NCBI GenBank assembly: GCA_038064475.1
Contig: JBBTTA010000001.1
Span: 111,086-175,085, forward strand
Source of the DNA: Patescibacteria group bacterium
Lineage (GTDB): Bacteria; Patescibacteriota; Minisyncoccia; Phycocordibacterales; EsbW-18
Length of the DNA stretch: 64,000 nt
Direction of reading: 5' to 3'
The position numbers and the translations under genes are program-made. Every line of letters begins with the position of its first letter. The first letter of the stretch is position 1. The notes beneath the pieces are model-generated. The model was not told where the DNA came from, did not search any database, and saw nothing but the letters and a program-made list of their open reading frames with translations. Shown here in pieces: positions 48,750 to 58,266 of this stretch.

Positions 48750-49118
48750 CTATGGTGTTGGAGGTGGTATTACTATTGGTGGAAGAATTGGAGGTGTTCC
48801 CGGTGTTATACCAACCTCTATTCCAATCCAGCGTATAATTCCGAAAATTGCAAAAAGTACAAAGAGTGCAATCGCACCTTGTACCATAAGTCGACGCCCT
48901 CCTTCTTTCGCACCTTCGTCTTCCGCATTCGCAATGTATTTTACAAGACCCCAAATAAAAACAAGAAGTGCAAGTGAAGCTGCAATGATTGTCAGTGTAG
49001 TGATAACTTGTCGAAAACTGGTTAAAAGGAGCTTTGTATTTGAAAGATTACCTCCTCCTTGCGCCAACACAAGAACCGGAAGAGCAAGAAGCCCAGATAT
49101 AAACAATAATTTTTTCAT
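48750..49118 (-). CDS. VirB2/TrbC-like pilin with Pro-rich tail
   Basis: FIWGLVKYI...AKEGGRRLMVQGAI. Confidence 0.78.
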   Translation of the reverse strand: MKKLLFISGLLALPVLVLAQGGGNLSNTKLLLTSFRQVITTLTIIAASLALLVFIWGLVKYIANAEDEGAKEGGRRLMVQGAIALFVLFAIFGIIRWIGIEVGITPGTPPILPPIVIPPPTP

Positions 49119-49137
49119 AAAATAATATTAATTAATT

Positions 49138-49437
49138 TCAACCGAAGATATCGGTCTTGATAAACTGAACGATACCCCAGAAAGAGAAAAGAACGAACAA
49201 ACCGATAATACCGTATACCATTATTTTTCGGCCGTCATCCTTCGCTTTTCCATCCCCCGCTGATGCAATGTACTTTACGATTCCCCATACGAACGCAAGA
49301 ACTGCCAAAGCGCTCGCCAGCACAATAAGTGGGTTGATAAGGCCGATCGCGTCATTAATAAGTTCTGTAAGATTTGCAGGTGCGGCAAAGGCAAGACTTG
49401 GAACAATCAAGGAAAGAATAAAAGCTGATTTTTTCAT
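49138..49437 (-). CDS. VirB2/TrbC-like pilin
   Basis: Signal AFA-A; FVWGIVKYI.SAGD..AKDDGRKIMVYGIIG. Confidence 0.78.
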   Translation of the reverse strand: MKKSAFILSLIVPSLAFAAPANLTELINDAIGLINPLIVLASALAVLAFVWGIVKYIASAGDGKAKDDGRKIMVYGIIGLFVLFSFWGIVQFIKTDIFG

Positions 49438-49438
49438 A

Positions 49439-49837
49439 TTATCCAAAATGAATTATTTCTGCTGAGTTTGTTCCTGCTCGTATCTGGTCAAGTGTTCCTT
49501 TGATGACGTTCGCAAGCACCGTCGCCCCAAGAAGTACCGCTGTGCCGATAAGTGTATACAAAAGAGTTTTCTTTGCGCTTTTCAACGCCTCCTCATTACC
49601 ACGTGCCTTCACAAACAAAAATCCGGAGTAAATGATGAAAAAAACAGCGACATAAAATCCAATCGTCGTTGCAGCTTTTGCGGCTTCGACAACAACTTCT
49701 TGAATTGAATCAAATTTAAGTGGGTTAACAATTTGAACAGGGCCCGGATTAGGTGTTCCTTGCGCAAAGGCAAAAGATACCGAAATAAATAGTCCAAAAA
49801 ATAATGCTATATAAAGTTTTTTAAAATGCGTTTCCAT
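49439..49837 (-). CDS. VirB2/TrbC-like pilin
   Basis: NPL...IIYSGFLFV.ARGNEEALKSAKKTLLYTLIG. Confidence 0.78.
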   Translation of the reverse strand: METHFKKLYIALFFGLFISVSFAFAQGTPNPGPVQIVNPLKFDSIQEVVVEAAKAATTIGFYVAVFFIIYSGFLFVKARGNEEALKSAKKTLLYTLIGTAVLLGATVLANVIKGTLDQIRAGTNSAEIIHFG

Positions 49838-50219
49838 ATCCTCCGTATCCAGACTTAACAAATGTTGTAACAATAAGATTCACGATAAGCCAAGCTGACA
49901 AAGCTATTATAAAGCCAATACCTGCATTTTTAAAGATGCTTTTTGCTTGTTCCATCCTTCCAGGATTGCCTCCCGCTGTAATAAGCAAAAACCCAGCCCA
50001 CAAGAAAAGAATTGTCACCAAGGGAATTGAGATCTTAAAGAGGAGAAAATCAATGAGACCGTCAACAAGTTGAACGAGACTCGCAAAATTACAGTCCAAA
50101 CCGTCACAGGGAACAAGACCTTCCGGCTCTGCTGCCCCAACAAGGATCGGTACCAAAAGAAGCATAAAAACGGCAACGCTTGCGTACACTCCCCATCGTT
50201 TGCCTGCCGTTTGTTTCAT
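49821..50219 (-). CDS. VirB2/TrbC-like pilin with Cys pair
   Basis: GLVPCDGLDC; AGF..ITAGGNPGRMEQAKSIF. Confidence 0.78.
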   Translation of the reverse strand: MKQTAGKRWGVYASVAVFMLLLVPILVGAAEPEGLVPCDGLDCNFASLVQLVDGLIDFLLFKISIPLVTILFLWAGFLLITAGGNPGRMEQAKSIFKNAGIGFIIALSAWLIVNLIVTTFVKSGYGGYGNAF

Positions 50220-50245
50220 ATATCTATTGTATCGCCTCCCCAGTT

Positions 50246-51547
50246 CTAGTCTATGAGGTTTTGCAGGCGTGTATCCGCTTCTCCTACCGCTTGGCTCACT
50301 CCACGGCGGCCTGATGCGATGTCAGAAATCATCGTTCCCAAAATGCCATCTGTCTCCGTTGGGCTTGGATCAAGAAATCCATGTGCAATAAGTGCTTCTG
50401 TGTAAAAGATTGATTTGAACGCATCGGTTGGTTTTTGTGCCAAGAGGTCTCGGCGAACAGGAGAAAGTAAAAACTTGTCCGACCACAATTGACCAGCTTG
50501 TGCACCCGAGAGTGCAAATGCTGCTTGGAATGCCCCGCCGACGTTGTCAGATTGCTTCATGAGCGCAATACCGTAGAATTTTCCGAATGTAGATTTTGTC
50601 GGGCCATCAGATACTTGTGGTACACGCGCAACATCGAAATTGAGGTTCGGATTTTTTTCCTGAATATCAAGAAGCTCACTTGCAAAACCAAGGTAGAGTG
50701 CAAGATCACCTCGCAAAAACATATCGAGCGATGCAGGTAATGCACGATTCCATGAATAGACCAGCTTCACCGGATTTGCGAACTCGGTGTAAAAACGAAT
50801 TGCTGAATCCGCGGGCGCCTCCGCAAATCCAAGCCTGTCAGAAAGAATTGATTCCACACCTTGTGTCGGAATACGTGTCGTGATTGGATTCCCCGCTTGC
50901 ATAACGAGTGTTGCAAGAATTTCTTTTGCATTCGTTACGTTTTCATACCCACCGAGTGCAATTGTGCTTTGCAAAACACTAAATGATGGATCCGTTTTTG
51001 TAAGTTTTGTTGAAAGATCGACAAGTTCGTCCCACGCTTTTGGCGGAAGGGCTAAGCTTGCTGCATTAAAGAGTGAGCGGTTCCAATACATGACAAGAGG
51101 ATCGACAAGAATTGGAAGTGCCAAAACACCCTCATCGGTGAGATAAATTTCTGATCCTTCGGCGAATGTGTCGCGGAAGGTGCGTTCCGTCATTGATGTA
51201 AAGGGTACGGTGTAAATCTTATCTTCGTAGCGCATGATATATTCATGCGGCAAAATGATTGCATCAGGCCCACGTTGTGCCGCCAAGGCTTCAATAAGTT
51301 CGGTATCGAATGTATCAGGTGAGAATTCTTTGTAGGTAACTGCGGAAAGTGAGTTGTCGGTGTCTTGGTTGTAGAGCGTCAAAATGTCTCCAACAAGCGC
51401 TGTGTCGAGCGTTCCCCAAATTGTGCCCGCTGCGGGCACAGCGTCTCCTCCACTGCCTCCAAATTTTCCGAATGTTGCAATTGCGGCAACACCCATGACG
51501 ATAAAGAACCCAAATATTGCGAGAAGTACTGCTTGAAATGTTTTCAT
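50246..51547 (-). CDS. extracellular solute-binding protein (family 1-like), membrane anchored
   Basis: IWG, GPD, ALP..VDPLVMYWNR and F..GDLA.Y.G patterns. Confidence 0.8.
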   Translation of the reverse strand: MKTFQAVLLAIFGFFIVMGVAAIATFGKFGGSGGDAVPAAGTIWGTLDTALVGDILTLYNQDTDNSLSAVTYKEFSPDTFDTELIEALAAQRGPDAIILPHEYIMRYEDKIYTVPFTSMTERTFRDTFAEGSEIYLTDEGVLALPILVDPLVMYWNRSLFNAASLALPPKAWDELVDLSTKLTKTDPSFSVLQSTIALGGYENVTNAKEILATLVMQAGNPITTRIPTQGVESILSDRLGFAEAPADSAIRFYTEFANPVKLVYSWNRALPASLDMFLRGDLALYLGFASELLDIQEKNPNLNFDVARVPQVSDGPTKSTFGKFYGIALMKQSDNVGGAFQAAFALSGAQAGQLWSDKFLLSPVRRDLLAQKPTDAFKSIFYTEALIAHGFLDPSPTETDGILGTMISDIASGRRGVSQAVGEADTRLQNLID

Positions 51548-51654
51548 TTTAATTAAGGAAGTAAGAAGTAATTAGTAAGAAGTAAGGTGCAGAGTTGCAG
51601 ATTTAATTTGGTTCTTTTCTTTCTTATTTATTACTCATTATCTTTTACTTTATT

Positions 51655-52185
51655 TTACTTCTTTTTTCTTAAAATCATACCGTAATGGTGTGACCCGGCA
51701 TCCACATCTTGCTCAAACTCCAATCCTGCTTGTTCAAACAGCGTCCGGGCGGCATTTTTACCAAACACAGCATCGGTGTGCGGCCCCATGCCGCCAAACG
51801 AGTCTGTCCAATCGACGATAAGTACTTTGCCGCCCGGACGCAAAATGCGCGCGACCTCTTGTGCAAATCGATCGCGCGCTTCTATCTGAAACAACACATT
51901 AGAGACAATAGCTGCGTCCAAAAAGCCGTCGGCAAGTGTTGTTGCATGATCGCTCTCCAAATCACTCCAAATAACGTGGAGATTTTTGAAACCCTTTGCA
52001 TGTGCCTCTTTCTTTACCTTCGCCAAAAGATCTTTCTGCACGTCGATCGCATAGACGGCTCCATTATCCCCAACCTCTTTAAGCGCCTCCAAGGCGTGTG
52101 CCCCCGCGCCAACACCAAGATCAGCAACCTTCATACCAGCACCTAATTTAAACTGTGAAATTATTTTGTCAGGACGAGCGAACAT
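51655..52185 (-). CDS. class I SAM-dependent methyltransferase
   Basis: VADLGVGAG, YAIDVQ and ILRPGG motifs. Confidence 0.88.
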   Translation of the reverse strand: MFARPDKIISQFKLGAGMKVADLGVGAGAHALEALKEVGDNGAVYAIDVQKDLLAKVKKEAHAKGFKNLHVIWSDLESDHATTLADGFLDAAIVSNVLFQIEARDRFAQEVARILRPGGKVLIVDWTDSFGGMGPHTDAVFGKNAARTLFEQAGLEFEQDVDAGSHHYGMILRKKK

Positions 52186-52202
52186 ATACTTCTAGTGTAC
52201 TA

Positions 52203-52280
52203 TAAAAGAACAGAGAACAAAAAACAGAGGAAACACTTGTATTGTGGCCCTCTGTTTTTTGTTCTCTGTTATCTGTTTTC
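52203..52280. repeat. heptamer-built inverted repeat (similar arrays at 51558-51655 and 61885-61972)
   Basis: AAAGAAC-AGAGAAC-AAAAAAC-AGAGG ... CCTCTGT-TTTTTGT-TCTCTGT-TATCTGT. Confidence 0.6.
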
Positions 52281-52286
52281 GTTTGC

Positions 52287-54761
52287 TTACAAGCAAACAA
52301 GTGATGCAATCGTGTCCCCTTCACGCATTTTCATGATGCGTACACCTTGTGTAACGCGTCCGAGTTGAGGGATTTCCTTCAATGCAACACGGATAACCTG
52401 TCCTTTTTGTGAAATAACCACCAATTCCTCAACAACGTCCGATGACACAATCTGTGCGGCAATCACTTTACCTGTCTTTGGTGTTACGTTCGCCGTCTTG
52501 ACACCTCCACCACCGCGCTTCTGTACTTTGTATTCACCAACAGGAGTTCGTTTACCATAGCCGTTTGACATGAGAATAAGGAGAGCATCGTTGTTGTCAT
52601 TCTTACCGACAACACCTGCACCAACAACATGATCGCCCTTATCCATATCAACACCACGCACACCTCCAGCAGTACGTCCCATCTGACGAACATCAGATTC
52701 TTTGAAACGAATTGACTGTCCTTCGCTTGTTGCAAGAATTATTTCGTCGCCTTCTGACACAAATGCGCTTGAAATGAGTTCGTCGCCTGAGTCGAGTGAG
52801 ATCGCAATAATACCGCTCTGGCGTACGTCATAGAAACTTTCTGATGCAACTTTCTTTGCAACGCCCATCTTCGTCACCATAAGCACACTCCCCTGTTTTG
52901 CTTTTGCGTCTTTCGACAATGCCAACACTGATGTCACACGTTCTCCATCAGATAGGGAGAGGAAGTTCATGATTGATTTTCCTTTTGTTGCGCGCTTGCC
53001 TTCTGGCAATTCATGCATCTTCAATTGGTACACCTTTCCGCGATCCGTGAAAAAGAGAAGATCGCTGTGTGTAGAGCAGCTCAAAAACGTTGTGACGAAG
53101 TCTTCCTCTTTTGTATTCAAATCAATCACACCAATACCGCCACGCTTCTGTGTTTTGTATTCCGTTGGGTTTGTTCGCTTAATGTAGCCACCGGCAGTGT
53201 ACACAAGCACGTTCTCCTCGTCAGGAATAAGATCCTCAACTGAAAGCATTTTTACACCACCCTTCACCACTTTTGTACGACGATCGTCACCATACTTCAG
53301 AGCGATCTCGGTGAGTTCTTCTTTAATCGTGTCGCGCATTTTCTTCTCGCTCTTCAAGAGTGTCTTGAGTTCACCAATGAGTTTCTGAATCGCATTGAGT
53401 TCATCCTCAATCTTCTTTCTCTCAAGCCCGGCGAGGCGTTGCAACTTCATTTCAAGAATCGCGATTGCCTGACGTTCAGAAAATCCAAATGTTTTCATGA
53501 GCGCCAACTTTGCCGTCGCACCATCATCCGATTTCTTAATTGTCACAATCACCTTATCAATATGGTCAAGCGCCTTGCTCAAACCAAGCAAGATGTGTTC
53601 ACGTGCTTCTGCTTCGCGAAGATCAAACTCCGTACGTCGCTTGATAACAACCATGCGGTGCTTGATAAACTCTTCCAAAATACTCTTCAGTGAAAGTGTG
53701 AGTGGAATGCCGTCAACGAGACATACGGTGTTTGTGTGAAATGTTTCTTCAAGTTGCGTGTGACGATACAGATAGTTGAGTACTTTCTGTGGATGCCCAC
53801 CAGTTTTGAGATCAATCGCAATACGAAGATCCTTTGCTGATTCATCGCGAATGTCTCGAATACCGTCGATTTTTTTCTCGTGCACCAAATCGGCAATCTT
53901 CATGATGAGATCTGCTTTGTTCACACGATATGGGATTGATGAAATGATGATTTGGAATTGTCCTTTCTTCCCTTCAACGATTTCTGCTTCACCGCGTGTC
54001 ACAATACCTCCCTTTCCTGTCGCGTACGCATGCTTGATATCTTTTTCACCGAAAATAACTCCCCCCGTTGGGAAGTCTGGGCCCTTTACGTGTTCCAAAA
54101 GTTCGTCTGTTGTTGCTTCAGGATTTTCAATCAACACTTTTGTCGCATTAATCACTTCGCGCAAGTTGTGTGGTGGAATGTTTGTCGCCATACCAACTGC
54201 GATACCGAGTGTGCCGTTCAAAAGAAGTCCGGGGACTGCTGCAGGAAAGACGGTTGGTTCTTTGAGACGACCATCGTAGTTCGGACGCCATAGAACCGTA
54301 TCTTTTTCAAGATCACGAAGAAGCTCTGCGGCCAAGCGTGACATGCGAGCTTCGGTGTAACGCATTGCCGCTGGTGGATCACCATCGATTGAACCGAAGT
54401 TTCCTTGACCAATCACCCATGGATATCGATATGAAAATGTCTGCGCCATACCAACCATCGCATCGTACACAGATGCGTCACCGTGCGGGTGGTATTTACC
54501 AAGCACATCACCGACAACAGTCGCTGACTTGCGTGGTTTTGAAGACGCAGTGAGATTGATGTTGTGCATCGCGTAGAGAATACGACGATGTACTGGTTTC
54601 AAACCGTCACGTACGTCAGGCAGAGCACGCGATGTGATAACTGACATCGCGTAGTCGAGGTACGATTCACGCATCTCGGTTGAGACGTTGCGCGACACAA
54701 TACCAGAGGCACGTGGTGCCTCTGGTGTAGGTTCATTTGTGGCTTCTTTTGTTCGCGCCAT
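52287..54761 (-). CDS. gyrA: DNA gyrase subunit A
   Basis: [23 protein letters not shown] and GyrA-box QKRGG. Confidence 0.97.
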   Translation of the reverse strand: MARTKEATNEPTPEAPRASGIVSRNVSTEMRESYLDYAMSVITSRALPDVRDGLKPVHRRILYAMHNINLTASSKPRKSATVVGDVLGKYHPHGDASVYDAMVGMAQTFSYRYPWVIGQGNFGSIDGDPPAAMRYTEARMSRLAAELLRDLEKDTVLWRPNYDGRLKEPTVFPAAVPGLLLNGTLGIAVGMATNIPPHNLREVINATKVLIENPEATTDELLEHVKGPDFPTGGVIFGEKDIKHAYATGKGGIVTRGEAEIVEGKKGQFQIIISSIPYRVNKADLIMKIADLVHEKKIDGIRDIRDESAKDLRIAIDLKTGGHPQKVLNYLYRHTQLEETFHTNTVCLVDGIPLTLSLKSILEEFIKHRMVVIKRRTEFDLREAEAREHILLGLSKALDHIDKVIVTIKKSDDGATAKLALMKTFGFSERQAIAILEMKLQRLAGLERKKIEDELNAIQKLIGELKTLLKSEKKMRDTIKEELTEIALKYGDDRRTKVVKGGVKMLSVEDLIPDEENVLVYTAGGYIKRTNPTEYKTQKRGGIGVIDLNTKEEDFVTTFLSCSTHSDLLFFTDRGKVYQLKMHELPEGKRATKGKSIMNFLSLSDGERVTSVLALSKDAKAKQGSVLMVTKMGVAKKVASESFYDVRQSGIIAISLDSGDELISSAFVSEGDEIILATSEGQSIRFKESDVRQMGRTAGGVRGVDMDKGDHVVGAGVVGKNDNNDALLILMSNGYGKRTPVGEYKVQKRGGGGVKTANVTPKTGKVIAAQIVSSDVVEELVVISQKGQVIRVALKEIPQLGRVTQGVRIMKMREGDTIASLVCL

Positions 54762-54829
54762 ACTCCTCTATTATATCAAAAAATGTAGGAAAATCCAGTG
54801 TTTTCCACCTGTTTTGGAGGATTAACCTC

Positions 54830-54854
54830 GCCTTGGAGGCTAAGCCTCCAAGGC
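54830..54854. repeat. REP-like TTGGAGGCTAAGCCTCCAA palindrome (second copy at 37091-37109)
   Basis: Identical 19-nt palindrome at two intergenic sites. Confidence 0.65.
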
Positions 54855-55096
54855 TAGTTTGGGAAGAGATTCTTGAGTGCCTCAAAACCCTCCCCGAAGC
54901 CCTTACGTAGACTCTCAAATGGGCTCTGTGTTGTCGGTTGTGTCGGTTGTGTAGGTTCTCTATCTGAACGCACAGCAAGTGTCACAAACCACAAAAGTGC
55001 AACAAAAAATGTCAGAGACAACGCAGTCAGAAACGCAATTCGGCGGCGTTCATGGAGTGGGCGTTCATGTATCTTTCGAAGAGTTTGAAATAGCAT
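54854..55096 (-). CDS. small single-TM hypothetical protein
   Basis: L.KI.ERP.HERRRIAF + TM + SPF, a pattern typical of Parcubacteria. Confidence 0.7.
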   Translation of the reverse strand: MLFQTLRKIHERPLHERRRIAFLTALSLTFFVALLWFVTLAVRSDREPTQPTQPTTQSPFESLRKGFGEGFEALKNLFPN

Positions 55097-55100
55097 CGCG

Positions 55101-55730
55101 TTATGCGGCGACGGGATCGAGAACGACAATGTCGCCTTCTTTATCTATAACATCCTTCTTTCTAATCGTAAGTTTATCAACTGGCTTTATATCTGACTCC
55201 CCTTCTTCTTTCAAAAATGCTTTCAAAGTTTCTTTCGTATAGTGCATCGGAATAATGAGGTGCGGTTCGAATGACACAGCAATCTTGCCTGCCTGCGTGG
55301 GTGTAAGCACGTCTTCATTACCGACAGGAAGGAAGAGAATATCGATGTCGCCAATTTCTTCGAGTGTTTCAGGTGAGAGTTGTGGATTTGAAAGCGCACC
55401 GAGGAAACACAAACGCATTTCTTCAAGCGTCACAACATACACCGTATTGATTTTCTCTTCCCCACCATAGACTGATTCTGATGCAAAACCGCGCACATAT
55501 ACTTCTGCAAATTCGTATTCACCAGGACCTTGTATAACAAATGGCTCTTTATCGCCACGTGAGACTGTTTCAACACCATTCATGTCAGGGTGGTCTAGTG
55601 TTACAAGCGCGATGTCAGCTCCAAAGCTCGACGCAGGAAGTTTTGATTTCTTGGAGACAGGATTAAAGGCAAGAACGGTGTCGCCGAACTGTACTTTGAA
55701 CGATTCGAGTGTGTTGTACGTAATAATCAT
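55101..55730 (-). CDS. MBL-fold protein with degenerate metal site
   Basis: ADIALVT, GPGEYE, IDILFLPVG and IIPMHY present; HxHxDH replaced by LDHPDM. Confidence 0.8.
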   Translation of the reverse strand: MIITYNTLESFKVQFGDTVLAFNPVSKKSKLPASSFGADIALVTLDHPDMNGVETVSRGDKEPFVIQGPGEYEFAEVYVRGFASESVYGGEEKINTVYVVTLEEMRLCFLGALSNPQLSPETLEEIGDIDILFLPVGNEDVLTPTQAGKIAVSFEPHLIIPMHYTKETLKAFLKEEGESDIKPVDKLTIRKKDVIDKEGDIVVLDPVAA

Positions 55731-55769
55731 GTAGAGAGAGTATACCAAAAATCGTGACTCTAAACCCCT

Positions 55770-56741
55770 TTACCGAAGATACAATTCCTTGTTCTGTTTA
55801 TGCTCCTCAAACGTCTTTGCGTAGTAGATTTTGCCCGACTTGTCAGAGAGATAGAAGTAGTAGTCAGATGTAACAGGTTCTGCGGCGGCGCGAAGTGAAT
55901 CGAGGCCAGGGTTCGTAATCGGTGTTGGCGTCAAACCACGATAGACGTACGTGTTGTAGGGTGAATCAACTTTAAGGTCTTCAAGAGTGAGGTCTGCTGA
56001 ACCTTTTCCTAAGAGATAGACAAACGGCGCATCTACTTGCAGTGCCATATCGTCGTCGAGACGTTTCCATAAAATACCTGAAACAATTTGCCTATCCTCA
56101 AACGTCTTCGCTTCCTCTTCAAGAATTGATGCCATGATGACAATGTCAGAGAGTGTTCGACTAGAAGATGCAATTGATGAAGTTAGTGTTGTAATCTTTT
56201 CATTGAACGTATCTTCTAACGTTTGAATGATACGTGTTGCTGTCGCATTTGGTGGAAAGAAATATGTATCAGGAAAAAGATATCCTTCACGTGACTCCGC
56301 TCCTCTGATAAACGCTTCTTTAGAAAATGCTGGCAAGGTTGTTGCAAAAATATCTGCCATCTCATGCACTGATGTTCCTTCAGGAATAAGCACACGCAAA
56401 GGCTTCACACGAAAATCTGCATGCGTCATACGCCACGCAGTCACAAATAAGCGCGGTGCGCCTTCAAAGTAGTATTCCCCTGCCTTCACGCCAGTGCCGC
56501 CGCCCGTGAGTACAGCAAACACTTTAAAAAAGAATTCTGATGCAATAAGGTTTTTTGCCTCAAGGATATCTGCTGTCTCATGAAGTGTTGCCCCATCTGG
56601 AATATGCGCGTACGTTGGGTACTCGCCTCCACGCCTCGCCCATGCCGGGGCTACGGCCGAGGGTGGTGTCTGTAAAAACACAATCAAAAGAATGAGAAGG
56701 CAGGTAGCGGCACTGATTATAATCGTTCGGCGTGACAGCAT
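55770..56741 (-). CDS. mltG: endolytic transglycosylase MltG
   Basis: EGYLFPDTY, ASILEEE, SPYNTY..GL.PTPI.NPG motifs. Confidence 0.94.
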   Translation of the reverse strand: MLSRRTIIISAATCLLILLIVFLQTPPSAVAPAWARRGGEYPTYAHIPDGATLHETADILEAKNLIASEFFFKVFAVLTGGGTGVKAGEYYFEGAPRLFVTAWRMTHADFRVKPLRVLIPEGTSVHEMADIFATTLPAFSKEAFIRGAESREGYLFPDTYFFPPNATATRIIQTLEDTFNEKITTLTSSIASSSRTLSDIVIMASILEEEAKTFEDRQIVSGILWKRLDDDMALQVDAPFVYLLGKGSADLTLEDLKVDSPYNTYVYRGLTPTPITNPGLDSLRAAAEPVTSDYYFYLSDKSGKIYYAKTFEEHKQNKELYLR

Positions 56742-56743
56742 GA

Positions 56744-58066
56744 CTAGCTAGGAAGATTTATTGGTGGTTCACTCTTACGTGATTCAATGCGGCCCAGTGT
56801 TGGTGTTTCAGACACGCCACCTGGGAAGTGGAAAATCGTCGCCAACTCTTCAGAGTTGAGTATAAAAGGTTTTCTTTTATATTTTTCCTTAAAAAGGAAT
56901 TGCGTGCTGATGCCACTGTGCGGTGCGTGGAAATATCCGCGCAAACGATATGCTTCAAACATATTCTTTTTCATCTTTGGAAGCTTTTTTCCAAAAGGAT
57001 CTTGAAACCAATAGTCATGGCTGGTTCCAAAAGCTTTCTTAAAACCATTCAAATAGCCCGAGCTGTACTGTGCCAACACACCGTTAAGCGCCCCTTTGTG
57101 CCCATTATTGAAGTATTCTTTCTCAGCAAGATAGAGCGCACGAATACCTACGTCATATCCAGTTTTGCTGGTGCTTCGTTCAAGTGCCTCAATCGTGTCT
57201 TTCTCCACTGGTGTTAGGTTTATTTTATTGTCTTCGGGATCTTCACCTCGAATTTTTCGCTTCTTGATGATCGATGCGATTTCAGTTTTTACATCGTCCT
57301 TCCACTTATCCGTTGGTTCACGCCATTCTTTTACTTTCTTTCCTACATCAAAGACATCTTCAGGTTTTGTAAATTGAGAAAGAAGCGATACGTTTTTTGG
57401 GTCTTCTTTTTTATGTGCACGAAGAAGAATTTGGATCCATGCCTGTTCGCCTTTGCCGAGTCCACCCAAGTATTCAAGGACCTGTGTAATCGGATCAATT
57501 TTAAATTCTTCTTTGGGATCTTTATCGAGACCGTAATCAATATATGTCTTTATTGGGTAGGGATCTATTTTCGTAAGTGCGAATTCAGCAGCATAGAGAT
57601 CTGCCTTGTTTTTGTCATACATAAAGGCAAGTGTGTAGTCAGGCACCTCGGTCACTTCAACTGTCGGATACTGTGCGTAGAGGCTGTTTTGAATTCCTTT
57701 GACCGAATCCTTCCACGTCCAAATGAAAAATTTTACCTGTCCCTCAATAGACACAAGTTCAAGCGAAAACCACGGACGTACTCCCCCTTTCCAATATTTG
57801 TCGTACCATGTTCCCTCTCCACCAGTCGCATAAAAAACGCCAAGCGCCAATTCCATTGCTGCAGGAGATTTTGAAACTTCTTTTGGTACACGAATTTCCA
57901 AAAGTACTGGCTCTTTGCTCTGTATGTACTGTGCGCGGCGATATGCCATCCACTGCTGCCAAAACGCACTGATGAGTGCGAGCGGAAGCCAGAGGGGAGC
58001 AAAACGCCACACAAGTTTGAGGACAGAGACAATCGTATCAAGCGTGCTACCAAAATATTCGAACAT
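56744..58066 (-). CDS. CPR-conserved membrane protein, resembles the N-terminal region of VirD4/TraD-like ATPases
   Basis: WFSLEL, YAQYP, YPIKTY and LNSEELATIFHFP patterns; no Walker A. Confidence 0.65.
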   Translation of the reverse strand: MFEYFGSTLDTIVSVLKLVWRFAPLWLPLALISAFWQQWMAYRRAQYIQSKEPVLLEIRVPKEVSKSPAAMELALGVFYATGGEGTWYDKYWKGGVRPWFSLELVSIEGQVKFFIWTWKDSVKGIQNSLYAQYPTVEVTEVPDYTLAFMYDKNKADLYAAEFALTKIDPYPIKTYIDYGLDKDPKEEFKIDPITQVLEYLGGLGKGEQAWIQILLRAHKKEDPKNVSLLSQFTKPEDVFDVGKKVKEWREPTDKWKDDVKTEIASIIKKRKIRGEDPEDNKINLTPVEKDTIEALERSTSKTGYDVGIRALYLAEKEYFNNGHKGALNGVLAQYSSGYLNGFKKAFGTSHDYWFQDPFGKKLPKMKKNMFEAYRLRGYFHAPHSGISTQFLFKEKYKRKPFILNSEELATIFHFPGGVSETPTLGRIESRKSEPPINLPS

Positions 58067-58165
58067 GGTTCTATGATAGCCTGTTGAAATTGATTTACCA
58101 ATACAGCTTTTTGGATACAAAACACCCCGACGTTTGTCGGGGTGTTTTCTTGTATAAAACGGTGG

Positions 58166-58266
58166 AGCGAACTTAGTTTTTTGAAAAGCCTCGGAAAGTG
58201 CGACGGCACTGGACGGAGCAAAAATACAGGAGTATTTTTGCGTGCTTTTCAAAAAACTATGCGAGC
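58166..58266. repeat. IR-bounded element with GTGCGACGGCAC core
   Basis: 16-bp perfect IR 58174-58189/58244-58259, inner GCAAAAATAC-AGGA-GTATTTTTGC. Confidence 0.65.

Noticed and set aside
54928-54957. TGTTGTCGGTTG tandem repeat
   Set aside because: Encodes a PTQPTQPTTQ linker; ordinary low complexity
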